From: Lama glama
Taxonomy: Eukaryota
Assembly (NCBI GenBank): GCA_028534125.1
Contig: CM052817.1
Coordinates: 78,556,001-78,620,000 of the forward strand
Length of the DNA stretch: 64,000 nucleotides
Direction of reading: 5' to 3'
Positions 27,615-41,290 of the stretch are shown piece after piece (position 1 is the first letter of the stretch; every line of letters begins with the position of its first letter). A program made the position numbers and the translations under genes. Below the pieces are notes generated by a model, which was given only the letters and a program-made list of their open reading frames with translations, did not search any database and had not been told where the DNA came from.

Positions 27615-30481
27615 CTGTGTGGGACAATAAAACGTTACTGTAGCAGGGTGGGCTTCCAGCAAAACAGAGTGGCACGTTAAAAATATAACCAAACTGTGTG
27701 GCTTTTGTTACATGGGCAACACAGTAGTAGTTTCTATCCAAACCTGTTGCCAGTCTTGCTCACCTCTCTTACCTCCCTCATCGCTACTACCATCTCCCTC
27801 CTCCTCTCCTAAATCCACTCTGTGTTTGGCCAGAATTTTTTCCTCTTCGAGACTGTGGCTTTTTTGGGAAACAGATGTGCTTGCGACATGTGCAGAAGTA
27901 TAAACACTCTTGTAAAACTTACTATGGCCCATAAATAAAACAAAACAATTTACCAGCAACAAAGACTCTTTTTAAAAGCCTCACCCAGGAGGAAACAGGA
28001 AGACTCAGGCAAAAATTTACACGTTTAATGTTTTTTGTGGTGGTTCAAGGAAGAAATCTAAGCCATTATGTGAGGACACAGCTAACAGAGACTTAGGACA
28101 TTAAAGTGAAGAAAATCTTTCCCTTCGTGCTGTTCCTCTGCAGACTACTCTAAACTGCTCAGATAATTCAGACTAGAGAGGCAGCCAGAAGAGCGGGCAG
28201 ACCTGGAGTCTTCTCCTGGGATTTTCTCCTAGATTTACACCAGTTAAGAACTGTGAGATATTGAACATCAAGAAACATGTAAAATGAACTGCGTTGAACA
28301 AATCATAAGCTATAGACTTGAATTTCAAAACAGAGTTCCAAGGTCAGAATCTTTGTATTAAACTACTTGGAACAGAGCAACTTCAGGTTTATCTGCCCAG
28401 GAGGTGGGTAGGTCTTCCTGTCTTCCTGTTCCCTGTCCTCTGGCATACGCCTGCCTCCTACCTCTCCCCAAGACACAGAGAATACAGACCTTTTGTTCTG
28501 TTATTTAATCACCTCCTGAAAATAACTCAGGAAAAATTTCTCCAGCAATGAGCCAATCGAGAACATTTTACAGGACTGCCAGACCACAGAAAGTAGCCTA
28601 ACAGTTCAGTTGTCTGACAAGACACTAAGAAATGCTGCATTTATACAGTCTGACCCCACTGGACCCTCACTCAGACACCTAGGCTCTTAGCTGTTTTTGG
28701 TCCATGAAAAAACGCAAAGAGGAAGTGAGATCACTTCTGTTTTTCATCTTCTCGTTTATTTTTAGATGTCTCAAATAACACATAGGATAAGTGACGTGAG
28801 CTTCAGTTTTCTATTCCAGGACAGTTGCCAAAAGAAGGTGAATATACCACAATTTTACAAACACCATCACATGTGCTTTAATACAGCCTAAGAAATAAGC
28901 ATGAAACATGAAATATGCTTTTAAAGTGAACTCTGGGAGTTTCTGTAAATTCTATCATCATACCGAACTGAATATTGCCTGAAAATGTAGCCATTATACA
29001 TGGTTTAAAATCTTTTCCAATACGGACCTTTATTTGGTGACAATTTTATGTGATCTAGACTGTTTTGTCTCTTATAACTGATAGAAAAATTTGTTGAGCT
29101 TTTAAAGCAGGTGAGTTTCTGCCTTCTTTCCACAAATGAAGATTTGAAGAAAACAGTCATTTCTGCTTCTAGATAAACTTGAATGACTCATTGGTTTTAT
29201 AGTTAAGCTTTCACAAGAATATTTCCCCAATTCTCCAACCTGTAGATGCTAACTCCTTAGTAAATTTCTCTCTTTTTATGTTTCCCACAATATAAATTTA
29301 CTTCTACATTCTGAAAAAAAAAATCTAAGGAATGAGTCATGCATTTGGAGATTCCCAGAAATGTTTCTAGTGCAGAGTAAAAATTAAGCAAACAGATAAA
29401 GAAGAAAAGGAAATGGAGGAGGGAGAGCAGACAGAAGTAGCAACCAGAACAACATGACAAGAACCAAACTCAGCTGTGGCGCCGTGTCACACCAGGGTCA
29501 AATAAGAGATGCTCATTAAACTCCGAAATCCTTCCGCCACCCAAAGAGTCATTATCTCCTTCCTTGGGAAAGCCCTCCCTTGGGCTTTGAGTCACACTCA
29601 AATGCAAAAGTATGAGAAGTTTCAGGCAAACGAGAACCATGCACTCTAAGTGCTCTTCTTGGAAAATCCCTAGTTAAAATCCCAGATCTTTTGCATAATT
29701 AGAAACACAGCTAATAGCAACTAAGGAGGAGGGGGTTGTCTGAGCCAATCCAAAATGCATGAAAATGCGTAATTTACTTCGTGTCTAAAGAGTCTATGTA
29801 GGCAAATTAGGGAGTGGGGACAAGTACCCAGACCATGGGGAGGGCGGGTGGAACGCTGCTACTGAGAAGGAAGCGGAGGGTGCTGAGTCTGACTTATTCG
29901 GGTTGATTGTCCAAATCAATTCCACTTACAAATAATTGCTCCACTCTTCATTTCATTTGGCCTGGGTAGATACAGTCATAGCAACTTAAGTGGGTCACTT
30001 TTTCTTGGATCCTTTAAAGAATATCCTTTCAATTGGAAAATGTCAAAAACTATTTTGCACAGATGTAGCAATTTAGTAGTTCAATATAAGTTTACAACTA
30101 AAAAGGCATCTCCCAGACTGGTTTGCTATATTCACTTTGCTTTATACACAGACATGTCCCTTTGGAAGAGTCAGTATATCATTAAAAAGAATCCCATATA
30201 AAATGCGATATGTTCATTCAGGGAATGTTAGCTCAATTTGATGCCTTTCAGTTAATTTATTCATATCTATATGTCCTGTGGATACAGTGTCCCAAAGATA
30301 ATTATATTGCACATTGACCATTGTTAACTCTGAAGATTAGAGGCTGAGATAAATAGGAGCTCTTTATGCAGATAAAATAATGTGTCAAAATTCCAGAGGC
30401 AGACATTGTTTCTACCAAAAGAGAGCAGCAGCACACATTAGAAACGTAAGCCGTTGCTTGTTGGATGAGAGCTCTACTTAC

Positions 30482-30580
30482 TGGGTGCTGCTGCAGATCC
30501 CGCACGGCCCCAGGAACTGCCGGTCCACGTGGATCCCACACAGGGAGCTTCAAGCCGCAGTTACAGGTTGGGAAATACAT
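30482..30580 (-). CDS. TNIP3: TNIP3 coding exon (99 nt), MYFPTCNCGLKLPVWDPRGPAVPGAVRDLQQHP
   Basis: Lies within ORF 30302..30661; acceptor attctcctcag|, donor CCA|gtaagt; similar to human MYCPPCNCGL...PGAVQKQREHP. Confidence 0.93.
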
Positions 30581-31475
30581 CTGAGGAGAATGGTGCTGCC
30601 GGTTCACCGGGAGTGGGTGAGATTGCAAAGTCACACTGACACTCACTTTATACAACCACAAGGTTTGGTTTAAATCGTAAGGCTTAGCCTAACTCTGGCA
30701 TAATCCTGATTCAAGAGAGGAGACCTGTCAGTGTAGACTGTGGATGGATACCAGTGAAGCTCCCAGGCCAAATTCTCCTTAAGGTGAAACCTTAGTGATT
30801 TTTCTGTGTTGAAGAAATTAAAAACCCTGGAAAGGTGTAGAGAGTGAACTTTGTGTTTCTCAGTTGTCTTCCCAGGGTGTCCTTGCTTAAGAAAAACCAT
30901 TAAGCCAAAAAATACATTTTCTTAAACTGCAGCCAGAGACCCTTCTGGCATAACTGAAGTCCAGAGAGGGAATTAGGAATTAAGAGAAATAATATTCATT
31001 CCTTAAGGCTACTAGAGAACAAGGTAGAAGGCTTCAATGCCCAAGAAGATACCCTGCTTTCTCAAAAGAAGGCACAAGTCTTCGGCGTAGTTTTCCATTG
31101 TCAACTGGTTGAGCAACTGCAAGAAATACCAAGGAAATGTATTTCCTAGGTGTTTGTGGGTCTATGAAGAAATTTCCATTCACACGAACATACACTAAAG
31201 CTTGTGCTCCTGGGAACATGTTCTGTAAAGTGTGTGTTTTTCATGAGCGTTAGGGTTGAGAGACCTTGGTGATACTTAAGCATTATCTCTCCACTGATGT
31301 TTCAGTTGACCATGAAAAACATGGATTGTTCTCAGGCCATCTGTAGCAGAGCCTGAATATGCCTTTAATTGAATCCATTAGAAACTGCTGTACTTGGGAA
31401 TAAATGTGCGAGTAAAACCTAAAGTTGGCATTTCAAACGTGACAAGAGGGTTGATGACTCTAAGGATCAACATAC

Positions 31476-31526
31476 CTGTTTTAATTGCCTTTCTAGTTTT
31501 TCTTTCTCCATCTGACAAGCTTTGAT
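31476..31526 (-). CDS. TNIP3: TNIP3 coding exon (51 nt), IKACQMEKEKLERQLKQ
   Basis: Acceptor gttttcttgcacag|, donor CAG|gtatgt; near-identical to human IKACQMEKEKLEKQLKQ. Confidence 0.95.
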
Positions 31527-31909
31527 CTGTGCAAGAAAACAAAGGCATTTGTGTATCAGAAAGAGCTCAAGTGTCCTAAAGCTATTCTTAACCTAGCTCG
31601 CGGTGACCTGCTAAGAAGCCCAAGGGTGAGGCACTGATAACAGTAATGCCAATGAAGAGTTGAGTTTTGGATTGTCCAGACACACATTGGTTCTATATTG
31701 ACATTCCCAAATGAAGTCTGGAAAGTTTGATGGCTAAAAATTGTTACTCCAATTTGTTGGTGCCATTATAACTCTCAGTTTTAGGTTGACATATTTAGCT
31801 ACATAAAGATATAGACGTAGGTATTAATACAGAAACAGCATCTACTGCTCACTGAATGTAATTGGGATTGGTCAGTGGCACACTCAAAGGCTTCCACAAT
31901 AAATTTTAG

Positions 31910-32075
31910 AAGTTGCATATGCACTTAATACATGCCAGACACTGATCTAAGTGCTTTACGCTTAATAACTCATGTTCAATTCTCCCAGTACCCCTATGTG
32001 ATATGTAACATTGTTATTCCTATTTACAGGGGGGGACACTGAGGCATGAGACTTGTTCAAAGTCACACTGCTCTA
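31910..32075 (-). mobile_element. MIR SINE
   Basis: ctaagtgctttacg...ttcctatttacaggg...cactgaggca. Confidence 0.65.
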
Positions 32076-32367
32076 CTTCATGCTTCACACTATTTAAAGC
32101 CCAACCTTAACTAGCAGAGTCACCTACCTGGAGCTCCCCCAACATCTGGCATAGCGAGGGAAAGCTGGTTTTTCTTGGACTCTTGAGTCATGCCATTGTC
32201 AGCCCTACACTCAATGCTCCACATCCCTGTAAAGCATGGTCAAATGTCTCCTACTGTATGATATTTTTCCAAGTCCCACCTACAGAATTATTCTCTCCTT
32301 CCTTGGTCCTCCCATTTAGCATTTTACATTTACTATATGACTTTTCAGGTCCAGTGTGTACTAGGGA

Positions 32368-33004
32368 CAGTCAGTTCTCATCATTTGCATCAGTTATGTT
32401 CTATAAAGTCACTATGAACACTTAAACAGCAAATACTGAACCATGCATGACTCCCAGGGAAATGCAGGCTTGGGTCCCTACCAGCCCCTGGTCATGCCAT
32501 TTTTGTTAGCTGATTAATACATTATCTTGTTCTATGTGAAGTTCTGTTAAAGTCACCTTATTTGATGAATATTCTAGATCCATTAATATTGAACTCATGG
32601 CCAACAGCACTATATTCATCTCTGAATGAAGCTTATCGGACACGTTTCTTTTCTCTATAAAGCACGTGACAGCCTTCCTGTGCTCGGCAACATGAGAGGG
32701 CACTTTGGCACGATGCTTGGGGGCCACTTTAAAAAATGATATCACCAACAAAAAGCACAAAAATGGGAAAAATGTGGCACTAAATAGTCCATGAAAAAGA
32801 CGCTTCTTACAGGATGAGGACTGAAACAAGCATCACCTTGTGGACCTCAACTGGGAACAAGTGTTTCAGGAAACAAGTTTTTTGCTGCTCTATGCAAGTT
32901 CACAAATGACCTTGAAGGTGGCACAGGAGTTGATTTGGGAGTGACAAATATATCTTAGGGAGTAGGCAAACTTGCAAAAATGAAATCTGCAAATGGATGG
33001 ACTA
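32368..33004. mobile_element. TcMar-Tigger non-autonomous DNA transposon (MER82-like)
   Basis: Degenerate terminal inverted repeats (cagtcagttctcatcatttgca / tgcaaatggatggact). Minus-strand ORF 32506..32829 has APKHRAKVPSHVAEHRKAVTCFIEKRNVSDKLHS, resembling a Tigger transposase N-terminal HTH. Confidence 0.8.
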
Positions 33005-35242
33005 TACATGTCCCTCTCATTATATTGTGAGTCTTTTAACAGCATGGATCATTTTTTAATTCCCTTACAGCGTAAAGCTGACTGCTTTGCAGAAAGCAAG
33101 GATTGAAACTAGATTATGAGGCATTGAATGTGGCATGCTAATTATACAACTAAATGAAACTATTAAAAATTCCCCTTTCAATAGGCTATTTATGAAATAC
33201 CTATGAGCCATGACTTTAGCTACATGCTTTTGTAATGATTTTTTTCACTTAACCCTGAGAACAACTTGGTGAAGTTATGAGGTATGTATCATTATCTATA
33301 TTTTACAGGTGAGTATACTGAGAGAGGTTAAGCAACATTTTTAGAGACAGAGGCTTCAGAGTCATAAGAAACATTTTAGAGATCATATAGCCCAACTTTG
33401 CCATTTTGCAGATGAAGAAAAGGAAGGACAGAAAAGTTGAATATTTGCTTGAGGTGCTCACTGATTGTCAAAGCAGGCATGAACACACTTTTATCCTTAA
33501 ATTTCTCCTAAGTGTCTTTCACTTCACCACACTGACTATTTTACCAGTCATTGGCTTAAAAATTCCTCAGTGATAGGAACAACTAGTGCCGGACTGACCT
33601 AAAAATTCCTTTTTGGTCAAATGGTCCATTTGGACCACAGTGAATATGCTATTCAAATAAAGCAACGCCAATTCTTTAAATCATGGCATTTAATCTGTTA
33701 TTACTACATTTAACATAGATTGTTAAACTGACTGGTACATCCTATGAACTCTATCATCTTTCTATCTGAGTGAATGAGACTTTTGAACAATAAATGCTTG
33801 GACTATCATTATAAAGAAAAATTTGATACTTTTAACATACCACTAAGATCTTCCCTTAGTTCGTAAGCACAATTATACCATATTGTAATTAGATAATACA
33901 TTAATTTTGTTGAAATTAATCAAAAATTACTTTACAGATGACACAGGAATGAAAATTATTGTGGATGATAGTCTATAACATACATAGAGGGTTGTGTGTT
34001 TCCAGCAATACTAGAACTTTTATAATGGCAAGAACATTGCCAATCTAGACAAATATTTGTCATCAATCTGAACTTACTGTAACAGAATGAATAAAATTGA
34101 AATTTGGCAGGAAGTAAAATAGTTTGTACGGTGACAACTTAGAAGAAATTAGGGCAACTCTGCACGTAAGACATAAAAATTGAGAGGTAATTTTCCTCAC
34201 CAAGAGCAATCACAATGTTTTTTCAACCATTGTTGTGTAAAGTAGGTTGCATGAATTATTTTCAGAAAATCATTTTGTTATATTTTACCACTATCTTATT
34301 CCTTCTAATTTCTTATAAAGGAAATGGTTCTGCTAAATAATTTCCCATGTAAAGTTAGGAATTTCAATTTAATCCTTGAAAAAGACGTCAAAGAAGAAAC
34401 TAAATTTAATTCACAATCTGTTATTAGGAAGAAGAGGATGACAAGTAGTTAACATTTCTCCTAAGATTAAGAACCTTGAAGCTGTAGAGCTGTTAGAGCA
34501 TGTACCATAATGATTTCCGATTTATTGAAAAGCATTGCATAATTTTGCAAACTAAAAATTTTGTGGTTCATTTTCTTTTCTGAAGCTAAAATTGTGTTAG
34601 CTACAGTTCCCTCATTAACATCAAGATTTACCCATCACAGCAACTTCCTGAGTCTACTTTTATATATATTCTATTACATTTAACTTTAATATGCTTGCAC
34701 TGAATATATTTGGTTCCAATAAACTGGTTACCATTATCTGGCTTTCTTGAGAATGCTCCAGTTACATTAAATCTAGGAACCTACTGAACAAAATTCTTGG
34801 TTTCACTAGATATATAAATGACATTTAGAAATATGTATGTTTTTGGAGACAGGAACATTCCACCACAGCCCTTCAAAGAAAATGACAAGAATATAGAAAC
34901 AACTTCACTGTACTAGAGTGTTTCAGCTTTGAATTTGAGTGCTAGGTAGTTCAACTCCCATTCTACCAGAATAAATATTATGAGAAAAAGATCAAAAGAA
35001 CTGAATTTTATCAAGACTTTGGAATCCAATTTCTTGGGTAAGTCTTTAATATATTTATGTTAAAAGAAATGCCCAGTCATTTTCATCTCCTTACAAGATT
35101 GTTTAAGAATGATTTCATCCCAGGTGCTAACTTCTCAAAAAAAGTCCATCAGTTAATGGAGGCCAAAATGTCTTGATTTTTTTAAAATGAGAAAATAAAA
35201 ATAAAATACACATGTGCTGGTAAAGATTGCTTTGACTTATAC

Positions 35243-35368
35243 CTGAGAATTCAGCTTATTCAACTGGGATTGAGAAGTTTGATTAATTTGTTGTAGCTCT
35301 TCCTTTTCTTGATTAAGTCTTTCTCGGTCTGATCGCTCCTTTTTGAAGTCTTCTTCATATATTTGCAC
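35243..35368 (-). CDS. TNIP3: TNIP3 coding exon (126 nt), VQIYEEDFKKERSDRERLNQEKEELQQINQTSQSQLNKLNSQ (UBAN/AHD2)
   Basis: Acceptor ctatttcctag|, donor CAG|gtataa; carries the DFxxER motif shared with NEMO, optineurin and the ABINs. Confidence 0.97.
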
Positions 35369-38259
35369 CTAGGAAATAGTAACTTGCTGTTACTGTTAGT
35401 TTCCTTTTCTCTTAAGCCATTTAAATGATTTCAGAAGGGGTGCTATCTGGGTCTGTCCAGTCTGAAACATTCCTAACCTCTTTTCATGAATATTTCTTCA
35501 TGGTAGGACTCCATCTTGATACATAGGACTATAATTTTATCTGTCACTTTGTTTAGAATGGCAGCTCTCACTTTTTCCTCCTTGGGCGTATAACAGGAAT
35601 TCAAAAGTAAAGTAATAATATGGATATTTTGAAAGAAAGTCCCCTTACCCATTATTCAATTTCATTATTGTGATGACACCTGGCCTCCCCCTGGTCACCC
35701 CAAATGTTAAGTGTCACTGTTTTGGAGCAAGTCATCCACCCCTATGACAAGACTTTGATGTACAAATTACTGCTTGAGGGTCTAAAGACAGTTTACTGAC
35801 AATAGCTGTTAAGTGATGTCACTAAATATTGACATGCCAAAGTTTCTAAATATACATTATGTTGAGCACAAAATAGAAATGAAAGGCTCATGTATGTAGG
35901 AAAGCAAAGAATGCTTGTTGAAAGGTATTGACCAGAGTTGCCCTTTAGAAGTATTGTGGGGGTACATCATAAAAAAGAGTAACATTTCAGCTGGAATGCC
36001 TCTCGAGAGATACTCCAAATAGTCCAGAAAAGTAATCAAACAAAAAAACTTCATATTTAATTATTGTTGTTTTAATTGGCATTGTGTTGACCGATGGCTA
36101 GAGACTAGAATACAGAGTTATGAAAACAAATGAAGCTTAAGGAATGAAGCAAAGGAATTCCTCTAAAACCAGATGTAAATTACAACTTACATGGGAACGT
36201 AGTAGCTAGATTTTTGTCTAGTAATGTTAATGTAAATTGCACCATCATCACCAACAGTGAAATAACCTTTAACTAGAGGTTTATCAATTTTAAGTCAATA
36301 ATAACAGAACTAAATGTAGTAGGCAAGAGAGGAAGAAGTTTAACATTATATATGGTTCTAGCTGCAGATACGCATATTTAATTTTAAGGCTTTATTCACC
36401 AGAAGTGTTGCAAGGGAACTGAACCCAGTCAAGCTGACATTTTGTTCTGGAGTTGGTTTTTTGGGTTTTTTTGTTTGTTTGTTTTCGTTGAGAGCTGAGG
36501 TTCAAATACGGAGAGAGTTAAACCAATGATCAGTGAATAATTACCAGAGGCATTTGAAGGGGAAGAAGATCAAGTGATTACAACTGAGCAGTCTTTATCA
36601 AATACAGCACTGACAGCAATGTCAGCACTTAGGTGGCCAAGATTTGAGCTCAGTTCCTTTGTGGATTTCAATCCTCTAGGGTTTCACACAGCACTTGGTA
36701 ATGTAATGATTGTGGGTACCTGATCAGAAATGTGCACAGTTAAAATATGAAAGCAGAAAGTTAGCAAAAGAGCCACACAAAAAATAAGGAGAAGGATTCT
36801 GGTCTACTCTTGGGGATTATGAAAAAAAGAATACCTGTCATTGTCTGTGTCAAATACGAACTGTACCATTACTGTAAACTCCCTGCGCAAGAGCAGCTCT
36901 CTTGCACGTGGTGAACATTAGATGAAAGCATTGAAGATGGTTCAAGTGTCTGAACATAAGCAGCACTTTTTTCAGAGGAATCCTGGCTAGCGCCAATGGT
37001 ACCTTTGGGGTTGAGAATTTGCCAGAGTTTTAGCACTCTGAATATTACCCTTATTCCCTTCATGGGTTTGTTTTTAAGCTATATATTTGATCCTGGATGT
37101 ATTGAAGCAGATTATCCAAATGGAGTTGACAGAAGAGAAAATCCAACTTTACCATCACATGCTCTGATTTTTTTTTTTAGGTTTATAGATAGGCTAGTTC
37201 CTATAAAGTAATAACAATAAAGCAAATAAAAACAACAATATCAACCAAATCACAGTTGCTCAATTCTTCCATGTATCGCATCAAGGATCCTTGTAACTGG
37301 CACTTGCTTAGCGCAAAATAGCCAATAAGTCATACTCAGGAGCAGCAGAAAAACAATGGCTCTTTGTCCTATGAAATCTTCTCCCTCATTGTGAATGTAC
37401 TGTTGACAGTGTGTGCTCCAGGGATTGGAATTCCTAGATCTCTTTGTATTCATCCATATCACCACGAACTGTTCCAGCCCTTTACCTGTACTAGTTTATT
37501 TAGCCTCTCATAGGAAAGGAGATGTGATGCGCATGGGTGGCCGCTCAGCTAAGTCAGCTCCAACTGGCTGAGCTCAATTTAGACTCAGGTAGGTTAGGCC
37601 ATGCCATATCCCACAGCCGTGTGCTGCTGTTACACGCAGGAGCTTAGGGAGGGCATCCTTTACTCTTGCTGTGCACTTGGCAACAGAGAGTGAAGCTGGG
37701 TAAGCAGGAAAGAGGATACCATTGTGCATCAGTAAATTCCTAGGTGCTGTCCTCGTGTGGGGCTAGATGAATGAACAGGTCTGGCTCTTCAGTGGCTACA
37801 ATCCGTGCAGAGTATTCCCTTTGAAATTGCCCTCTTTGTTCAAAAGCCTGGAGGCTTGCAGCTACAGAATAACAGCCCGCTGTTACCATTTTCTGAGAAG
37901 GTACAGAGTTTGGGTTAATAGTGTCTTCAAAATAAATCACATCTCCATGAAACTCTCCAGACCCAGTGCTAATAGAATCTCACCAAAAGGTTAATTAGCA
38001 TGCTCCTCTTTTAAGAGTGTGATCTTGGACAAGCCACTGAACCTGTCTGAAACTCAGTTTTCTCTTTTGTTGTGTGTGTGAGTGTTGGACTAGCTGATCT
38101 GTATTTTCCCATAAAGCTTTAAAATTAGGTAATCCTAATTAAAATACATGCAAAAGCTTTCAACACATTTTGAACAACAAGACTTCCAAAAATGTCTAAA
38201 GGAGGATGAACAATAAGCACTAAATTCTCCACGTGGTCGCGCCACTTTCAACTTCTCAC

Positions 38260-38379
38260 CTGCTGTTTGAGGACCTCCATTTCTGTCCGCATCTCCTCAC
38301 GGCTGCACTCTGCTTCAGACTTCCCCAAACAGTCCTCAGAAGGTGAAGAGCACTCCATTTTCAAGGCATCCTGCAGAGC
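38260..38379 (-). CDS. TNIP3: TNIP3 coding exon (120 nt), ALQDALKMECSSPSEDCLGKSEAECSREEMRTEMEVLKQQ
   Basis: Acceptor cttatgacatag|, donor CAG|gtgaga; completes EIKRLNKALQDAL (AHD1-like) and begins the UBAN region. Confidence 0.95.
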
Positions 38380-38530
38380 CTATGTCATAAGATAAGCACA
38401 CGGGTGACTTAAGAGTTGCCACATCATACGAATTCCTCTGCAGTCACTTCAAATGCACGCCCAAGGTAGAATTTCACTTTTAATGCTACTTCCATCATTG
38501 AATAATTTTCTTCTTTCTGATTTTCTGGCA

Positions 38531-38561
<31 letters not shown>

Positions 38562-38563
38562 GT
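38531..38563. repeat. (CA)n(TA)n microsatellite
   Basis: Read directly. Confidence 0.9.
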
Positions 38564-38744
38564 ATTTTTTTTTCAGAATCTCTGTCTATTCTCCACAATG
38601 ATGCTCATGATAGTCAACTTTCACTGTTACTTACGAGAGCATTGATGTTAGAGCCCCCTCCACATAGCCAACCACGAAAGGAAACTAGTTCTATAGCCCT
38701 TCTCTAGATTCTCTGCTGCAGTCAGATATACTCTATTAATTAGG

Positions 38745-38910
38745 CTCAAACTTTAGGCAGCATCAGAATCACCTGGAGGGCTAGCAAACACTCCCATCCC
38801 TGGGCATTGCCCCCAAGGATTTTGAATCAGTAAATCTGGGGGTAGGATCTGAGTATCTGCATTCCTCACAAGCTGGGGCTCCTGATCTCAGGTGACATTT
38901 TGAGTAATAT
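38745..38910. mobile_element. MER5-like hAT remnant
   Basis: ctcaaactttaggcagcatcagaatcacctggagggc...tctgcattcctcacaag. Confidence 0.65.
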
Positions 38911-40789
38911 GTTTCTGCTATGTAACCACGTGCCCAACAGGAGAGTGGGAACCTCACAAAAACGGGAACTCAGGCAGATTCACTATCCATCAGATGCATT
39001 GTCCTTTCTGCTCTGTACTCCTTTGGCATACCCTGCCGTGGCTTAGCCACAGTCATACTTATTCTCCAATAAAACATCCACTAGCCCACTACAGGGTGGA
39101 GAAAGAGGGTGATCTGCTTTCTTGACATTCAGCACAACTTGGGTGTTTTCATCGTGGGGTGAGGAGGTGAAGGAAATGAGACACTTAGATTTGCCAACCA
39201 GATTATCATCCTTACTCATAAGCCCGTAGTACCCACACATATACTCTACTTTGTCAGATTATATAAAAGACATTGTCTCTGTTCTAAAGACTTTGGGTTC
39301 ATGATGAATTCAATAAAATGGCCATCAAAAATTGTGACAGAACATAACTCACTCATCCTGTTGTGGTCTCGAAGCCCACACACAATATGACTACTCACTT
39401 ATTATCAAATGAGTCCTCTATGCAAATTTTAAAAGGTTCACTTTCAGAGCTCCAAGAATTCAGTTCCTTTGTATTTCTTTAGTAGCTTCAATGATACTCA
39501 TTTGATGATACTATTAACTCACTTCCTTGCATTACTATACAATATGGTCATAAAGGTAGAAAAGCAAAGCAAATTTATGGTCTGATATATGTGTAGTAAT
39601 CAGGCTATAAATTTCCTAATAGATGTCTTATAATATACGGATACTGTCTAATCTGATGTAAGTATGATTTTTCAGGAAGTTGTAAGAAAAAACAAAACTT
39701 TTTTCTTCCTCCAAGAATTATTAAACAGCAGAAGTTGTTTAATAATTTGTGTTTTGTTAGAATCTGTTGCTAAGCTAAGTAGTTCTAGGAAGTATCATAA
39801 TAATTATATTTAAAAAAATATATATTAGTAATAGGAGAGATAATCTCGGGTGGGGTGAACCAAGTGAACTGAGACAATTAAATATGCTGGTTCCATATCC
39901 TACAGCTGTGAATATACTATTTCGTGGTTCTTGTTATGTTTGAACTTCCTGGTCTACCTTTCAGGCCATTGAGACTTCTAGAAATCCTGTAAATGAGTCA
40001 TAATGAAAGGTAAGTCTAGTAGACATTTATTCTATCTTGGGGTTTTCCAACTTCCTTGAAGAAACACAGGTAAGCTATTCTAGAATAGCAATTTACCATC
40101 AGCACAGATACACTCAACAGATCTGCCCACGTCACAATGGTGACATGTCAGACAAGTCAGTTTTGCCCATGAGTGGCACTGGTTGGCTGACCTCAGGTTA
40201 TTTCTTTCACTTAACATCTGGCTTCTCTTCAAGAGCTTGATGAAAACAATGCCCTTGGGTATCTCCCTCAAAGCAAATAAGCAGAACTGAGTACACACAG
40301 TTACATGAACTTCTGAAAGCCATATGTTAACTGCTAAGCTGACATGCTACAAATTTCTGCTGAGGGACTGGGTCTGCAAGCAGTCGGTTTGTGTAAGTAG
40401 GGCGAGCCCCAAATTCCACACTGACGAATGGTGTGCAGTCAGCTACCCAAATCAACATTTTGAGTAACCTCTATTTACTACAGTGGTTAAAAAAAAAAAA
40501 AAGAAAATTCTACAGTGTAAAACAAAATAATAATTTCTTACACTTCATTAGACACTGATACTTGCACTAAATGAGATAGGAATCTCTCTGCATAGCGCAT
40601 CGTTTTCTATCTAAATTTTTAAAGTGACAGTTGACGGTATAGATGTGTGGGGTGAAATCTTTTCTGGCTTGAAGTACCCTTTTGTTTGTCTTCACTACTC
40701 ATAAGTAATGTGCTATGCCTATTAAAGCGTGACTCTCAGGGCGAGAATTGGCTATTGAACGTATAATGTACTAGTCAATTAAATTAATT

Positions 40790-41290
40790 AGCTTAATTCA
40801 TCCATTCATCAAATACTGAAGAACATAATATAAGCAAGGCCCTGTTCTAAGCACTTGGATTACAACAGTGATCAAAATAGAGAAATTCGGGGCCCCATAA
40901 TGACTGCTGTCTTTGTAAGACCCTTCCTCCAAATAAATATGTATTAACATTTTATTTCACAACTGCAGAGAAATGAATATATTAATATAACATGAAAATA
41001 TTTTTTCAATCTAAAAGGGTTTTTTTTTCCTTCTGATTTTAAGAGAAATTAAACATATTAATGGGCTACTAAAAGTATTGTGGGCCCTCAACACTGTGCC
41101 TACTATGTATAGGAAAGAAGTCAGCCTGGCAAAAATCTTACTCACGTGGAGCTTACGATCAAGACTGGGAGACAGGAAACAGGTAAGATAATGAATATGA
41201 GGCATGAAGCATGTATCAGATAGCAATAAATTCCCAGGAAAAGTTAAAATAGGAAATACTAGAGGTGGAGCATGTAATTTTAATTAAGAT
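40790..41290 (-). mobile_element. L2 fragments
   Basis: ttcatccattcatcaaatactga...ggccctgttctaagcact; ctcacgtggagcttacgatc. Confidence 0.5.

Noticed and set aside
32506..32829. 107-aa ORF with Tigger-like residues
   Set aside because: Degenerate transposase N-terminus with no DDE domain; not a domesticated gene.
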